A stretch of DNA of 63,790 nucleotides, counting the filler, from Chiloscyllium plagiosum (taxonomy: Eukaryota): NCBI RefSeq assembly GCF_004010195.1. It is 3 parts of one record of this genome, joined end to end, with 100 filler letters (N's around TTAATTAATTAA, not from the genome) between each part and the next. Parts side by side here need not be neighbours in the genome. Positions count along the whole stretch, not along the records: positions 25,842 to 54,927 come from NC_057713.1; positions 55,028 to 63,790 come from NC_057713.1; 1 more part is not named here. One strand, given 5' to 3'. The notes beneath the pieces were generated by a model. The model did not search any database and had not been told where the DNA came from. It saw nothing but the letters and a program-made list of their open reading frames with translations. The stretch's first letter is position 1. Each line of letters begins with the position of its first letter. Below, piece after piece: positions 47,300 through 60,110 of this stretch. The translations under genes and the position numbers were made by a program.

Positions 47300-49200
47300 T
47301 CAAATGCAGCAGTACGGCACCACAGACATAAGTAAGGACAGCCCAACGTTAGGTGCAATGGCTTAGATCATAAAGCAGTTCTATTCCAGCTTTAATCAGT
47401 CATTGTTGCATGTTCCAAAGGTAGATGAGATGATTCAGTTTGATGATCTCAATGCCAGAGTTGAAGGGGACACAAACTTCTAGTCATCTGGTGTAGTGAA
47501 GGTGATCTTCAAAGGAGTCAATCTCCTGGTGAAATGTCTGCAGCGTGGCCTGGTCATAGAAAATGCTCTATTTCATCAGAGAGATTAATACTTATAGGTT
47601 TTTTACTCTGGACATTCATAGCTGCTTGACTGTATCATCATCTGACTGAGGAGCCCCAGGAATATTCACATTATCTATGCTATGAAATGAGCTGGCAACT
47701 GCTGGACCATCCTATTGCCAAATTGGGTCTGTTATCTCCAGCCATCCGGTCCAAAATGTGGCAGCAACAGCAGAAAATGCACTGTCAATGGAGTCAAGAA
47801 AGTCACCTCAGTCAATGCTTCACAGACAATCTGGTGATGTCCAACTGAAGAGGAACCGAATAGAACAGAACATCCTCCACACTATGTCTGCCCTTCAATC
47901 AATCATAAACTGTACCTATGAGGAGACTCTGGGTTTCTCTACAAGGAAGAATCAAGGCTAATTTGAGGAGAGTGACCAGAAGATCCAGGAGCTACTAAAT
48001 CACAAGTTTGAGGCTTTCCTGAACTGGTCAAACCACCAAAGTTCAAAGGAAAAAGAAGAGTTTGACAGATAAAAACCTTTTGACACAAAGAAGAAGTGGT
48101 GGGTGGGAAGAGCGCAGAAAATCTAGCAAGTCACTGACAGCCATTATATGTGTGGGTTCTTCAGTGCAGTAGAGACCATCTATAGCCCAAGCAGAGAAGG
48201 ACCAACCCACTAAGTGCTAAGAATGGAGTGGAACCCTTCAAGGACAGCAAAGTAGTGGACAATCTACAGAGGAACTCTTAAGGATCTGCAAAAACCGAGA
48301 TTGGTAACTCATTGTGGGCATCCTTGATGACATCCCACAACATACTATTGTTGCAACCGCAGCACAGCACCAGCCTGACATGAGATTAGTAAGGCTATGT
48401 GACAGCTGCTGCAGGTGGAATCCCTGCCAAAATACTAAAATACAGTAGAGAAGCAATCTTGACACAAACACATGCCTTAATTCCCTCATCCAGAAGGATG
48501 ATGTCATGCCAGCACTGTAACTTCCAGCAAAATTGTGGCAGAGTAGGACATCCAACCGGACCTCTTCTGCTCCACCTATTCATTTTCTTTCTTTTCTATT
48601 TTTTTCTCTCTTTTCAGCAATCCTGGAGTGACATGTGGGGAAACCTGAGTACCGGAGCTTGCATGAGGGAAGCCCGAGTCCGGGTGCAGTACGAGGCAAG
48701 CGAGTCCTGGTACAGCACAACCTACCTCACTGAGTTTCAGTAAGGAGCAGACTGAAGGCTGAAGCTGAGTGGGACAGTTGTTGGATTTGTGCCTGGTGCC
48801 AACGGTCAGAGCATATGATGAACTGCTGCTACCTGAAATTCTTTACCGGACTGTAATGTAAATCCTTTAAGTCTGTTATAACTATCATACCTTTTTAGAC
48901 ACTAAGTAATGCTACTACTTTTCCTTTTAATACTCTTTTGCATCTAAAACTTGTACCTGGCAACATTAAAAAGTTTTCACTTTACTCCTGTACTTCTGTA
49001 CTGGAGTACATGTGACAATAAAGGATATCCTATTCTATTCTTTGGTATTCTAAAAATTGCCACCATCTTTAGGAAAGAAGGTAAGTTCAAAACAGAAAGG
49101 TCTCCCTCTTTCCAATACAGGGCAGGTCATTGGCGAAATTCTCTTGAACGCCTTCTTCCAGTGACTGAACAATTTGCAGTGTGGATTCTGTCTATCGAAA
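47300..49200 (+). mobile_element. RTE (BovB-type) LINE relic, APE to start of RT
   Basis: DDLNARV; LLVKCLQRGLVIENALF; LLDCII..CWT; EETLGFSTRKNQG*FEESDQKIQELL (cf. RKHQDWFDEND); GGIPAKILK; KIATIFRK. Confidence 0.8.
48536..49052 (+). mobile_element. Non-coding ~520-bp retroposon with Rex1/Babar-like 3' tail, inserted in the RTE
   Basis: 7-bp TSD aaaattg (48529-48535 and 49053-49059); tail ttttcact..gagtacatgtgacaataaa + (tattc)n; related tail at 59270-59365. Confidence 0.6.
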
Positions 49201-49336
49201 GGCACACCCATTTTAAGGAAATGGTCAGGTTGTTAATGATGGTCATTGCAGATCCATAATCTTTTGTGATTTACAAACTGTAGCTAGTGCAAGCATGTGC
49301 CTCTCCTTTCCCACATCACCTCCTACCTATTTCTTG

Positions 49337-49468
49337 ATTTGGAGATGCCGGTGTTGGACTGGGGTGTACAAAGTTAAAAATCACACAACACCAGGTTATT
49401 GTCCAACAGGTTTAATTGGAAGCACACTAGCTTTCGGAGCGACGCTGTTGTGTGATTTTTTAACTTTG
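49337..49468. mobile_element. Penelope-like mini-insertion (family B, 132 bp)
   Basis: 13-bp TSD tacctatttcttg (49324-49336 and 49469-49481); inverted arm caaagttaaaaatcacacaaca / tgttgtgtgattttttaactttg; half hammerhead (rc gctccgaaagcta). Confidence 0.85.
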
Positions 49469-51747
49469 TACCTATTTCTTGCCATTCCTCACTACAACCC
49501 TATGCTGTGATATTTTTTTTCCTTTCTAATCCCCTAGAACCTGACCAGGCTATGTAGGAATATTAAGAATGATGATGATGATGCACTCAGCTTCACACTC
49601 AGAGGCATCAAACCAGATCTTGGTGGGCAGAATAGAGACAGAATCAGCCTGTGGTGAGACACTTGACTCAGGCAGGTTGCAACCAAAACAGGGAACAATG
49701 AAAATGTAGTGTTAGCTAACTGGATTGCATTTCCCCATGCAAGTTCTGCTCCATAGGACTCAGATGATGAATTCAAAAGCCAGGTTTTACAACAGGGCTG
49801 ATTGGTTTGCCTCATTGGATGTTTAGTGCATTGGGAAATCTGGGAGAAAGCCAATGTTTATGTGAAAGAACATCATCATCTTCACCAGTCACTTTTACAG
49901 TCACCTGCTATGACACACCATCCCCCATGTCCTGCTTTGAGGCAGCAGTTGTGATTGGTACAGTGGCAGATTGGAGGAAATTGCAACTTGTTCAAGATTG
50001 GATAAGACAAGTAGGTTGACTACGCAGAAACAGTGGAGGTGACAGCATCTGCAGATTGGACCTTATGCCATGACTTCCAATTATGTCCCTGAACTGGCAG
50101 TGTAACAATGAGAATAATATGGGGCCAAGACTGGGCTGTCATGGTGGCCCCAAAGGAAATTTTTACTAGGCTACAGCTGTATATTCAACAGGGCACTGAA
50201 CATAAGATAAGGTCAGGATTCAATTCTAGGTTGGTTTCATTTCACTCTCTTCCCCCCTGCAATAACACTTCTGCCATTATACCCACCAACCCCTGCCATC
50301 ACCTATGGTCCTGAATTGTACATGGACAATGGTTGTTTGGGAACCTTGTGTGCTACTATATACTCCAGTAAATATTAACTGCTTTAAACTAAAATTGGAA
50401 GACAGATAACTAACAAAAGGAGAAAGAAATTTAAACACTTTGATGACTTGGGTATCTGTGCCTGAGTTTCTTGCAATCTGTGAAATTTAAAGACAAATAG
50501 TCCGAGAGGTCTCAAGTAGGACTATAATAATTCTGGAGATCATTGTTTTAAACCTCCACAAATCTCAGAAAGAGTTTTAGGATGAACAATGATCATCTGT
50601 TCATAAAAATAGTTGCATTTATTAATATAAATCAGATGTTGAGCAGGCTGCTTCTGATTTAGCATAACTGACAAATTGTTCTTATATTTCCTCAGGCAGT
50701 TTCTGTCTTATTCAAATATATCATAGCTATTTTATACCAAATTACACACATTCAATTTTCCTTTGACAAGCATTAGAGCAATAACCTTTATGTGTGTGTC
50801 TGTGAGAATATTATGCTTTCCTGGGTAAGTGCCACATTAAAGGTTTCACTGTTTGGCGCAAGTCTTGCATCATGCATCTCTTGGTATGTCCTCCTAGTTT
50901 ACTCTTAAGTTAGCTGTTGAGAGTGATTGTTTCTCATCATTGCTGAGGTTGTCTAATTGTTATTTTGGTGAAAGTTAGGCATCTATTCCATCAGACTCAC
51001 CAGCAATGATTAAATTAACTCCAAAATGTTTAATCTCAAATTCACTAGAGCCCTTTCCCATCAAGATATTTTTTGGCCATTTACCACTCCATGAAATTCT
51101 TTTAGTATGACTAAGCAAGATTGCCATTGTGAAGCTGAATGAGATCAGTTTTATGCTGGTAACTCATGCCCAACAGATCCTGGGTCAAACTGCCTGAACC
51201 TATTTACCAAGGACCCATCATATCCAAGAGGGAGGAGACTTCAAACTCACCATAGATTCCATGCTCACCTTTAAGAAAGAAATGCATGCTCAATACATCA
51301 TTCAATTCCCCAGAGACTAAGCTTCTCCAGTCTCACAACATTAGATGTCTCCACTTTCTTCTTGAAGTCTCATTCTGAAAATACAATGGAGTGTTTGTCT
51401 GATTTACTTTTCTGTTGATATCATTTCTCACAGACTTTACACAGAAGGCTGAGTTTCCTTGTACAGTCTTCAGATGCCACAATGAGTTTTTGAAGTTGTT
51501 TAAACTCAAAAAGAAACGCTGATTCTAATCAGACTGTAAATTTCTATAGCCCATTCACTTCATTCTTCCCTGCTGACTGCTGCTTTCTCTAGTCCTCAAA
51601 GCACAACAAGGATATATAATTCCAAATATTGATAATTAAAATAAACTTCAATCTGCAAAGCGAGGCACGTTTTCTCAGCTCACTATCATATAAAGTCTTT
51701 CAACACATCTTCACTCCATTCTTGTATCCATTCTGCTGTTGTTTATT

Positions 51748-52830
51748 GGAGAAAGTGAGGACTGCAGATGCTGGAGATCAGAGCTGAAAATGTGTTGCTG
51801 GAAAAGCGCANNNNNNNNNNNNNNNNNNACGTTTCGGGCATAAGCCCTTCTTCAGGAATGAAGAAAGTGTGCCAAGCAGGCTAAGATAAAAGGTAGGGAG
51901 GAGGGACTTGGGGGAGGGGCGTTGGAAATGCAATAGGTGGAAGGAGGATAAGGTGAGGGTGATAGTCCGGAGAGGAGGTGGGGACGGAGAGGTCAGGAAG
52001 AAGATTGTAGGTTAGGAAGGTGGTGCTGAGTTCAAGGGTTGGGACTGAGACANNNNNNNNNNNNNNNNNNNNNNNNNNNNNNNNNNNNNNNNNNNNNNNN
52101 NNNNNNNNNNNNNNNNNNNNNNNNNNNNNNNNNNNNNNNNNNNNNNNNNNNNNNNNNNNNNNNNNNNNNNNNNNNNNNNNNNNNNNNNNNNNNNNNNNNN
52201 NNNNNNNNNNNNNNNNNNNNNNNNNNNNNNNNNNNNNNNNNNNNNNNNNNNNNNNNNNNNNNNNNNNNNNNNNNNNNNNNNNNNNNNNNNNNNNNNNNNN
52301 NNNNNNNNNNNNNNNNNNNNNNNNNNNNATCCATTTGGAGGTGGCGGAAATGACGACGGATGATACGATGTATATGGAGGTTGGTGGGGTGGTAGGTGAG
52401 GACCAGTGGGGTTCTGTCTTGGTGGCGATTGGAGGGGCGGGGCTAAAGGGCGGAGGAGCGGGAAGTGGAGGAGATGAGGTGGAGAGCATCGTTGATCACA
52501 TCTGGGGGGAAATTGTGGTCTTTGAAGAAGGAGGCCATCTGGGTTGTTTGGTATTGGAACTGGTCCTCCTGGGAGCAGATGCGGCGGAGACGAAGAAATT
52601 GGGAATATGGGATGGCATTTTTACAGGGGGCAGGTTGGGAGGAGGTGTAGTCTAGGTAGCTGTGGGAGTCGGTCGGTTTATAGTAAATGTCCGTGTTGAT
52701 TCTTTCGCCCGAGATAGAAATGGAGAGGTCTAGGAAGGGGAGGGAGGAGTCTGAGATGGTCCAAGTAAATTTGAGGTTGGGGTGGAAGGTGTTAGAAAGG
52801 TGGATGAACTGTTCAACCTCCTCGTGGGAG
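51748..52830 (-). mobile_element. Penelope-like element 3' part (spans N gaps)
   Basis: 13-bp TSD gctgttgtttatt (51735-51747 and 52831-52843); RT C-terminus FHPNLKFT..TDIYYKPTDSHSYLDY; intact hammerhead core on the minus strand at 51829-51855. Confidence 0.9.
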
Positions 52831-53407
52831 GCTGTTGTTTATTCCTTGTTTTATTAATTATTTTTGACACATTTCCTTGTTGATGTTCATATCCATTTTA
52901 TAGGTATCCATCCTTGTCTCTTTTAGTCATTTAATAATGTTATCATTCTTTAGATAACAGACACTGTTACTATTGTAGCATTCTTCACTTTAAAGATATT
53001 CTTTAATTTGTTTAATGTCTCTATGCAATTTAACATTCGTTCATGGCAACATGAAGCTCTGTTATACTTTAACAGCAATCCTACCAACGTGTAGGGGTTG
53101 GGTCATCTTTATTGTTATTTGAAATTAAAATCTGTTACGGAAATCCCCAGCTATTGAAATCAAATCCAACTTATTAGTGGTCAGGAGTCAAAAGACTGCA
53201 TGCTTTTGCCTAATTAGCACAGATTACTTTAACATTGAAATCTGTATGTGGAAATAAATGTCATGGTCGGCAAATTAATAGCTTATATAACATAAATTTT
53301 GGCAAGACTTTAGGCAAAGCTGCTTTCAGCAACTAATTGTCTTGTAATTGTTCAAGTGTTGTCTCTGCAGGAATGTAGCATTACAAACCATCATAACATG
53401 ACACTTA

Positions 53408-53796
53408 GGCAAAAGTGGGTACTGCAGATGCTGGAGATAAAGTCAAGAGTGTGGTACTGGTAAAGCACAGCAGGTCAGGCAGCATCCGAGGAGCAGGAAG
53501 ATCGATGTTTCGGACAAAAGCCCTTCATTAGGAATGGGGCTAGATGCCTCAAGGGTGAAGATATAAATGGGAGGAGGTGGGGAAGGTATCTGAGAACTCA
53601 ATAGGTGTGAGGAGGTGGTAGTAATGGTGAGGGTAGTGTAGAGAGGCGGGAAGAAAGATGGACAGATGGGACAGTCATGAGGACGATGCTGAGCTGGAAG
53701 GTTGGAATTGGAATAAAGTGGAGGAAGGACAAATGAGGAAACTGGTGAAATCCACATTGATGCCATGTGGTTGGAAGGTCCCAAGGCGGAAGATGA
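53408..53796 (-). mobile_element. Penelope-like 3' fragment, truncated at a CR1 junction
   Basis: Terminal repeat with hammerhead remnant at 53504-53531; GIY-YIG C-terminus (IFRLGTFQPHGINVDF). Confidence 0.85.
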
Positions 53797-54927
53797 GGGC
53801 ATGAGAGAGGAACTGACTAAAATAGACTGGAAGCAGAGGCTAACCGGGAAGACAGTAGAGCAAAAATGGCAGGAGTTTGTAGGTATAATTGAGGACACTG
53901 TACAGAGGTTCATTCCCAAGAAAAGAAAGATTAACCGGGGAGGGATTAGACAACCTTGGCTGACAAAGGAAGTCAGGAAATGTATTAAAGAAAAAGAGAG
54001 ATCCTATAAAGTGGCTAAGAACAGTGGGAAATCAGAAGATTGGGAAGGATACAAAAGCAAACAGAGGATAACAAAGAGTGTAATAAGAAATGAGAGGATC
54101 AAATATGAAGGTAGGCTAGCCAGTAATATTAGAAACAATAGTAAAAGTTTCTGTCAGTACATATGAAACAATCGACAGGCAAATGTCGACATTGGGCCAC
54201 TTCAAACTGATGCAGGAAGCCTAGTAATGGGAGATAAGGAAATAGCAGGAGAACTTAACAAGTACTTTGCGTCAGTCTTCACAGTGGAAGACATGAGTAA
54301 TATCCAAAAAATTAAAGGGTGTCACGGGGCTGAGTTGAGTATGGCTGCCATTACGAAAGAGATAGTGCTAGAAAAGTTAAAAAGTCTTAAAATTGATAAA
54401 TCTCCTGGCCCCGATGGGATACACCCTAGAGTTCTGAGAGAGGGGGCTGAGGAAATAGCAGAGGCATTGGTTGAGATCTTTCAAGAGTCACTGGAGTCAG
54501 GAAAGGTCCCGGATGATTGGAAGATGGCTGTTGTAACCCCCTTGTTCAAGAAAGGATCAAGGCAAAAGATGGAAAATTATAGGCCAATCAGCTTAAAATC
54601 GGTTGTTGGTAAAATTCTAGAACCCATCATTAAGGATGAGGTTTCTAAATTCTTGGAAGAGCAGAGTCTGATTAGAACAAAACAACATGGATTTAGTAAA
54701 GGGAGGTCATGCCTGACAAACCTGTTGGAATTTTTTGAAGAGGTAACAAGTAGGGTAGATCAGGGAAACCCAGTGGATGTGGTCTATCTAGACTTTCAAA
54801 AGGCCTTTGATAAGGTGCCACACGAGAGGCTGTTGAGCAAGGTGAGGGCCCATGGTGTTCGAGGTGAGCTGCTGGGATGGATTGAGGATTGGCTGTCGGA
54901 CAGAAGGCAGAGAGTTGGGATAAAAAG
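53797..54927 (+). mobile_element. Young CR1 ORF2 middle segment (RT N-half), ends in a gap
   Basis: DKSPGPDGIHPRVL..NYRPISL..QHGF..SCLTNLLEFF..VYLDFQKAFDKVPH; a single stop at about 54164. Confidence 0.95.
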
Positions 54928-55027
54928 NNNNNNNNNNNNNNNNNNNNNNNNNNNNNNNNNNNNNNNNNNNNTTAATTAATTAANNNNNNNNNNNNNNNNN
55001 NNNNNNNNNNNNNNNNNNNNNNNNNNN
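54928..55027. other. Assembly gap containing an artificial TTAATTAATTAA spacer
   Basis: Same construct as 25742-25841. Confidence 0.95.
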
Positions 55028-56088
55028 AGTTAGATCTCATGGAATACAGGGAGAACTAGCCATTTGGATACAGAACTGGCTCAAAGGTAGAAGATAAAGG
55101 ATGGTGGTGGAGGGTTGTTTTTCAGACTGGAGGCCTGTGACCCGTGCTGGGTCCACTACCTTTTGTCATTTAAATAAATGATTTGGATGCGAGCTTAAGA
55201 GGTATAGTTAGTAAGTTTGCAGGTGCCACCAAAATTGGAGGTGTAGTGGTCAGTGAAGGAGGTTACCTCAGATTACAATAGGATCTTGACCAGATGGGCC
55301 ACTGGGCTGAGAAGTTTGATTCAGATAAATGTGAGGTGCTGCATTTTGGGAAAGCAAATCTTAGCAGGACTTATACACTTAATGGTATGGTCCTAGGGAG
55401 TGTTGCTGAACAAAGAGACCTTGAAGGGCAGGTTCCTAGCTCCTTGATAGTGGAGTTGCAGGTAGATAGGATCGTGAAGAAGGCGTTTGGTATGCCTTCC
55501 TTTATTAGTCAGAGTATTGAGTACAGGAGTTGGGAGGTCATGTTGTGGCTGTACAGGGCATTGGTGAGGCCACTGTTGGAAAGATGTTATGAAACTTGAA
55601 AGGGTTCAGAGAAAATTTATAAGGATGTTGCCAGGGTTGGAGGATTTGAGCTATAGGGAGACGCTAAACAGGCTGGGGCTGTTTTCCCTGGAGCATCGGA
55701 GGCTGAGGGGTGACCTTATAGAGGTTTACAAAATTATGAGGGGCATGGATTGGGTAAATAGGCAAAGTCTTTTCCCTGGGGTTGGGGAGCCCAGAACTAG
55801 AGGGCATAGATTTAGGGTGAGAGGGGAAAGATACAAAAGACACCTTCGGGCCAACTTTTTCACACAGAGGGTGGTACGGGTATGGAATGAGCTGCCAGAG
55901 GAAGTGGTGGAGGCTGGTACAATTGCAACATTTAAGAGGCATCTGGATGGGTATATGAATAGGAAGGGTTTGGAGTGATATGGGCCAGGTGCTGGCAGGT
56001 GGGACTAGATTGGGTTGGGATATCTGGTTGGCATGGACTAGTTGGACCGAAGGGTCTGTTTCATGCTGTATATCTCTATGACTCTATT
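55028..56088 (+). mobile_element. CR1 3' part
   Basis: KCEVLHFG..LYRALVRP; KLERVQRKF..RRLRGDLIEVYKI..NFFTQRVVRVWNELP; 3'UTR and ctatgactct tail. Confidence 0.95.
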
Positions 56089-56089
56089 C

Positions 56090-57185
56090 AGACTCTCCTG
56101 ATAACTCAAACCCTCTCGTCACAGTAACACTTCAGTAAATGTTTTCTGAACCCTGTGCAATTTAATAATATCCTTCCTATAACAGGCAGCCAGAACTGTA
56201 TACAGTACTCGAAAAGTGATCTCACCGACATCCCATAAAACCTAAACAAGGTGTTCCAACTCCCAGACTCAATGCTCTGAGCAATGAAGGCAAGCATTCT
56301 GAATGCCTTCTTCACCACCCTGCCTACCTGTGATGCAACCTTCAAAGAATTATGTACCTGAACCCCTAGATCCCTCTGTTTGATAATACTCCCCAGGGCC
56401 GTACCATTAACTGTATAAGTCCTGCCCTTGTTAGCTTTACCAAAATGCAATACTTTGCATTTATTCTAATTAAATTCCATTTGCCACTCCTCAGCCCACT
56501 TGCCCAATTGATCAAGACCCATTTGTATCCTTAGATAACCTTCTTTGCTGTTGACTTTACCACCAATTTTGATGTTATCTGCAAGCTTACTGACCATACC
56601 TCTTAAATTCTCATCCAAATCATTTATATAGATGACAAACAACAGCAGGCCCAGCACCAATCCTGTGAACCATTGTTGGTCATAGGTCTCCAGTCCGAAA
56701 AACAACCCTCTACCACCACGCTCTGTCTCCTCCCATCAAGTCAATTTTGCATCCAATTGGCAAGCTCTCCCTGAATCCATGCTATCTATCTTTACTAATC
56801 AGTTTACCGTGCGGAAAACTATGTCAAAGGCTTTACTAAAGTCCATATCGACAACCTATCCCGCGCAGCCCTCATCAATGTTTTCTCCTCAAGAAAGCTC
56901 AATCAAGCTTGTGAGACACGATTTCCCATGCACAGAACCATGCTGTCAGTCCCTAATCAGTCCTCACCTCTCCAATGCATGTAAATCCTATCTCTCAGGA
57001 TCCCCCTCCAACAACTTATGCCAGGCTCAAAGGTCTATACTTACCAGGCTTCTTCTCACAGCCTTTCTTTAATACAGGAATAATATTAGTCACCCTCCAG
57101 TCCTCCGCACCTCACTGTGGCTATAGATAATACAAATATCTCTGCTCGGGATGTGCAATTTCTTCCCTAACTTCCCACAATGTAA
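56090..57185 (-). mobile_element. CR1 RT fragment
   Basis: LFVIYINDLD..KLADNIK..WQMEFN; HFGKANKGRTYTVNG..DLGVQVH. Confidence 0.9.
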
Positions 57186-57499
57186 AGATGTTCAGTAACC
57201 ACCAAAGCAACAGGGTAAATTTTATTCTTCTTCACCCAATCCTTGCAGTCTTTGCCAATATCTGACACTCCTTCATTCAGAGGAGTCAGAGATGTAAGTG
57301 AGATCTAACAGTGGAAAGGGACCCTCTACACAAATCACCTCCATTTACCACACTAATTTCAGGGTTTCTGCTCAAAACAAAGGAAGCAATGAAAACCTCA
57401 CTGTAGTCAAATCTCTCAAAGCCACCATTGATGACCAGATCCACCCCCAGAATCAGCTGTGCCAACCCTGCCTACAACAATCATGAAAGACATATATAA

Positions 57500-57825
57500 G
57501 GTGAACAAAAAAGGTCTTTATATAAAGTTCAAAACTAGGAGGCATATTTTTAAGGTGAGAGGAGAAATATTTAAAAGGACCTGAGAGCCAACTTTTTCAC
57601 ACAGAGGATGGTTCATGTGTGGAATGAACTGCCAGAGGCAGTGGTAGATGCAGGTACAGATACAACATTTAAAAGACATTTGGAAGTGTATGTGAATAGG
57701 AAAGGTTGAGGAAATTATGGTCCAAAACCACGGAAGTGGGACTAGTTCAGCGTGGGAAACTTAGTCAGCGCAGATGAGATGGACTGAAGAGTCGGTTTCC
57801 ATGCTGTATGACTCTATGACTCTAT
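57500..57825 (+). mobile_element. CR1 3' end
   Basis: aaaactaggaggcatattttt..aactttttcacacagagg..gctgtatgactctatgactcta. Confidence 0.9.
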
Positions 57826-57829
57826 AAAT

Positions 57830-58075
57830 GACATTAGCCAGTGTTTGACAACAAAAACATTCACTGGTTAACAAAAGCCCTAGTGTATGGAACAATATTT
57901 ATCCTAACATCACTAAAATACCTCATCATGGTCACATTGTCATTTGTGGGATCTTGCTCAAAATTGGCTGTTTTGTTTCCTACACTATGACAATACTTCA
58001 TTTAGTTGTAAAGTGCTCTGTGATGCCCTGAGGTCATGACTGATACAATGTGAATGAAAAGCATTTCATTTTCTA
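57830..58075 (+). mobile_element. Deu-domain SINE 3' half
   Basis: caatatttatcc..tttgtgggatcttgct..aaattggctg..gttgtaaagtgctctgtgatgccctgagg. Confidence 0.6.
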
Positions 58076-58854
58076 ACAGAGGCCACTGTGTATAAAGTGG
58101 GTGCCTTGGGGGCAGTTTGGAGGCACATAGGGGCATTCCTTTCTGATAGGGCTGGTCCACAACCCCTCAGGATCTGCTAGATCAAACAAATGCCATCAGG
58201 CCTCCATTCCTGCTGATGAGGGGCCCTCAAATCCAGAACCCAGCAAAATTAGCATTTCCAGCAGTCTTTCAATTGTGTCCTTTACGCTGATGGTAGGTTC
58301 TGCAACTATGTCAGCCATCCTTTTAAAGAGTTGACCTTGGTTTCCAACGCCTTCAGAAGAAACCTGCCTGGGTCTTGAGTGGCTCATCATATCACCACAG
58401 CCCAATAAGTCCTGATCCCAAGATAACAAGCATCAAGATAGGCACAGCACAGAAATGCACTATGATATGAATATATAACACGAAATGAATACAACACAGG
58501 AGCCATTTGGGCTATTGAGTATGTGCAGATCTCTATGTGAACAATTATATGCATAATTTAAATAGTTTTATAATTATAGAGTCCAGAGCTATGAACTATG
58601 CCTTGGTTTTTCAGTATACGAGGTTTAGAGGTCTGTTTGCAAAAGACTGTACATCTCCTTCTATATCACCCTCTGGTACTGTGATAGAACTAGGAAACAA
58701 CCTGTTCTTGTGATAACTGCTGAATTTCTGAGATATTGGATACTTGTTACTTTAAATAAAAATTGTTACATTTATCATTTTCTCACCCTATGAGGGTATT
58801 AACCTTGCAAACAGCGTCATTCACCCTCAGTTTCTCCTAATTTTTCTTTTAGAA

Positions 58855-59432
58855 AGAACAAAAGACTTGTATTATGTAGCACGTTTCACAACCACCAGAT
58901 GTTGCAAAGTGTTTCCGAGCCAGTGAAGTGTTTTTGAAGTGGTAACTAAATTTAGCACAGTTACCTTGCAGAAGATGCAATGTTAAAATGACCAGATCAT
59001 CTGTTTACTTTCTATTAATTGATGACTGGGACACCGGGAAAAAACAGCCCCCTACTCTTCTCGAAACTTGAGCCATAGGTTCTTTAAGCTCACCTGAGAG
59101 GGAGCCAGGTTCTGAATTTACTCTCACATCGGTAAGTTGCTGCTTTCAACAGCATAGAACTTTAGTAATACTCTGGAACTAATGTGGACTGGGTTGGAAA
59201 CAATGTTATTCAGAACATTTTTTTTATTTCTCTAATTTACTTTCTCTGAACAATTTGTACTTAAAATCTGTAATCTAGGTACCTATATACTTAAGACGGA
59301 GCCATAAGTGGTGACTTATAAATTTTCACTGTATACGTTTGAGCACAAGTGACAATAAAGTTAGTTTTAAGTTTGAGTGCCTGGTATTTTGTGCTCAAAT
59401 TCTGGAAAGGGACTTGAACCCACAACTTTACA
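58855..59432 (-). mobile_element. Deu-domain SINE, interrupted at about 59200-59375 by a Rex-like-tailed fragment
   Basis: Head (rc) gttgtgggttcaagtccc..ttgagcacaaaa at 59385-59427; Deu domain and L2-like tail at 58860-59160. Confidence 0.55.
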
Positions 59433-59535
59433 TTCTGAAGAAGGATCACTGGACCCGCGACGTTAACTCTATTTTCTCTCCACAAATGCTGCCAGATCTA
59501 CTGAGCTTTTCCAGCAATTTTTGCTGTTGTTTCCT
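59431..59535 (+). mobile_element. Penelope-like terminal fragment (family C)
   Basis: ttCTGAAGAaggatcactggacccgcgacgttaactct..atgctgccagatctactgagcttttccagcaattt. Confidence 0.65.
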
Positions 59536-59757
59536 GACTTAGGGGTGGGTATACTACCAACTGAGACATAGCTGCCACCTGAAAGCTGGTATCTGTGTGA
59601 CCAATATCCACCAATGCCAGTATTGCCCAGCCAGCAGTAGATACAGAATGCAGTGTCAGCAAAGAGCAATCAGGGGTACACAATCTGGCGGACATCTCTA
59701 CTTTTTGTTGTGTGAGGGCTTCAAGGCTGCAGTTACGTAGCTAGTTAAGATCACCTT

Positions 59758-60110
59758 CATCATAGAATCCATATAGTGTGGAAATAGGCCCTTCGGCCCA
59801 TCAAGCCCACATCAACCTTCCGAAGGGTAACCCATCCAGACCCATTCCCCAAACCTATTACTCTACATTTACCCCTGACTAATGCATCTAACCTCCACAT
59901 CCCTGAACACTATGGGCAATTTAGCACAGCTAATTCACCTAACCTGCACAAGTTTGGACTATGGGAGGAAACTGGAGCATCCAAAGGAAACCCAAGCAGA
60001 CACGAGCAGAATGTGCAAACTCCACACAGACAGTCGCCTGAGTGTGGAATCAAACCCGGATCACTGGTGCTGTGAAACAGCGGTGCTAACCACTGAGCCA
60101 CCATGCCATC
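59758..60110 (-). mobile_element. HE1-type V-SINE
   Basis: Standard tRNA head, V-domain and CR1-like tail. Confidence 0.9.

Noticed and set aside
51881..52655. ORFs of 100-211 aa
   Set aside because: They are inflated by N-runs and otherwise are alternate frames of a PLE fragment.
12087..60110. All five HE1 SINE copies lie on the minus strand
   Set aside because: The sample is too small to infer an orientation bias or host-gene strand; CR1 copies occur on both strands.
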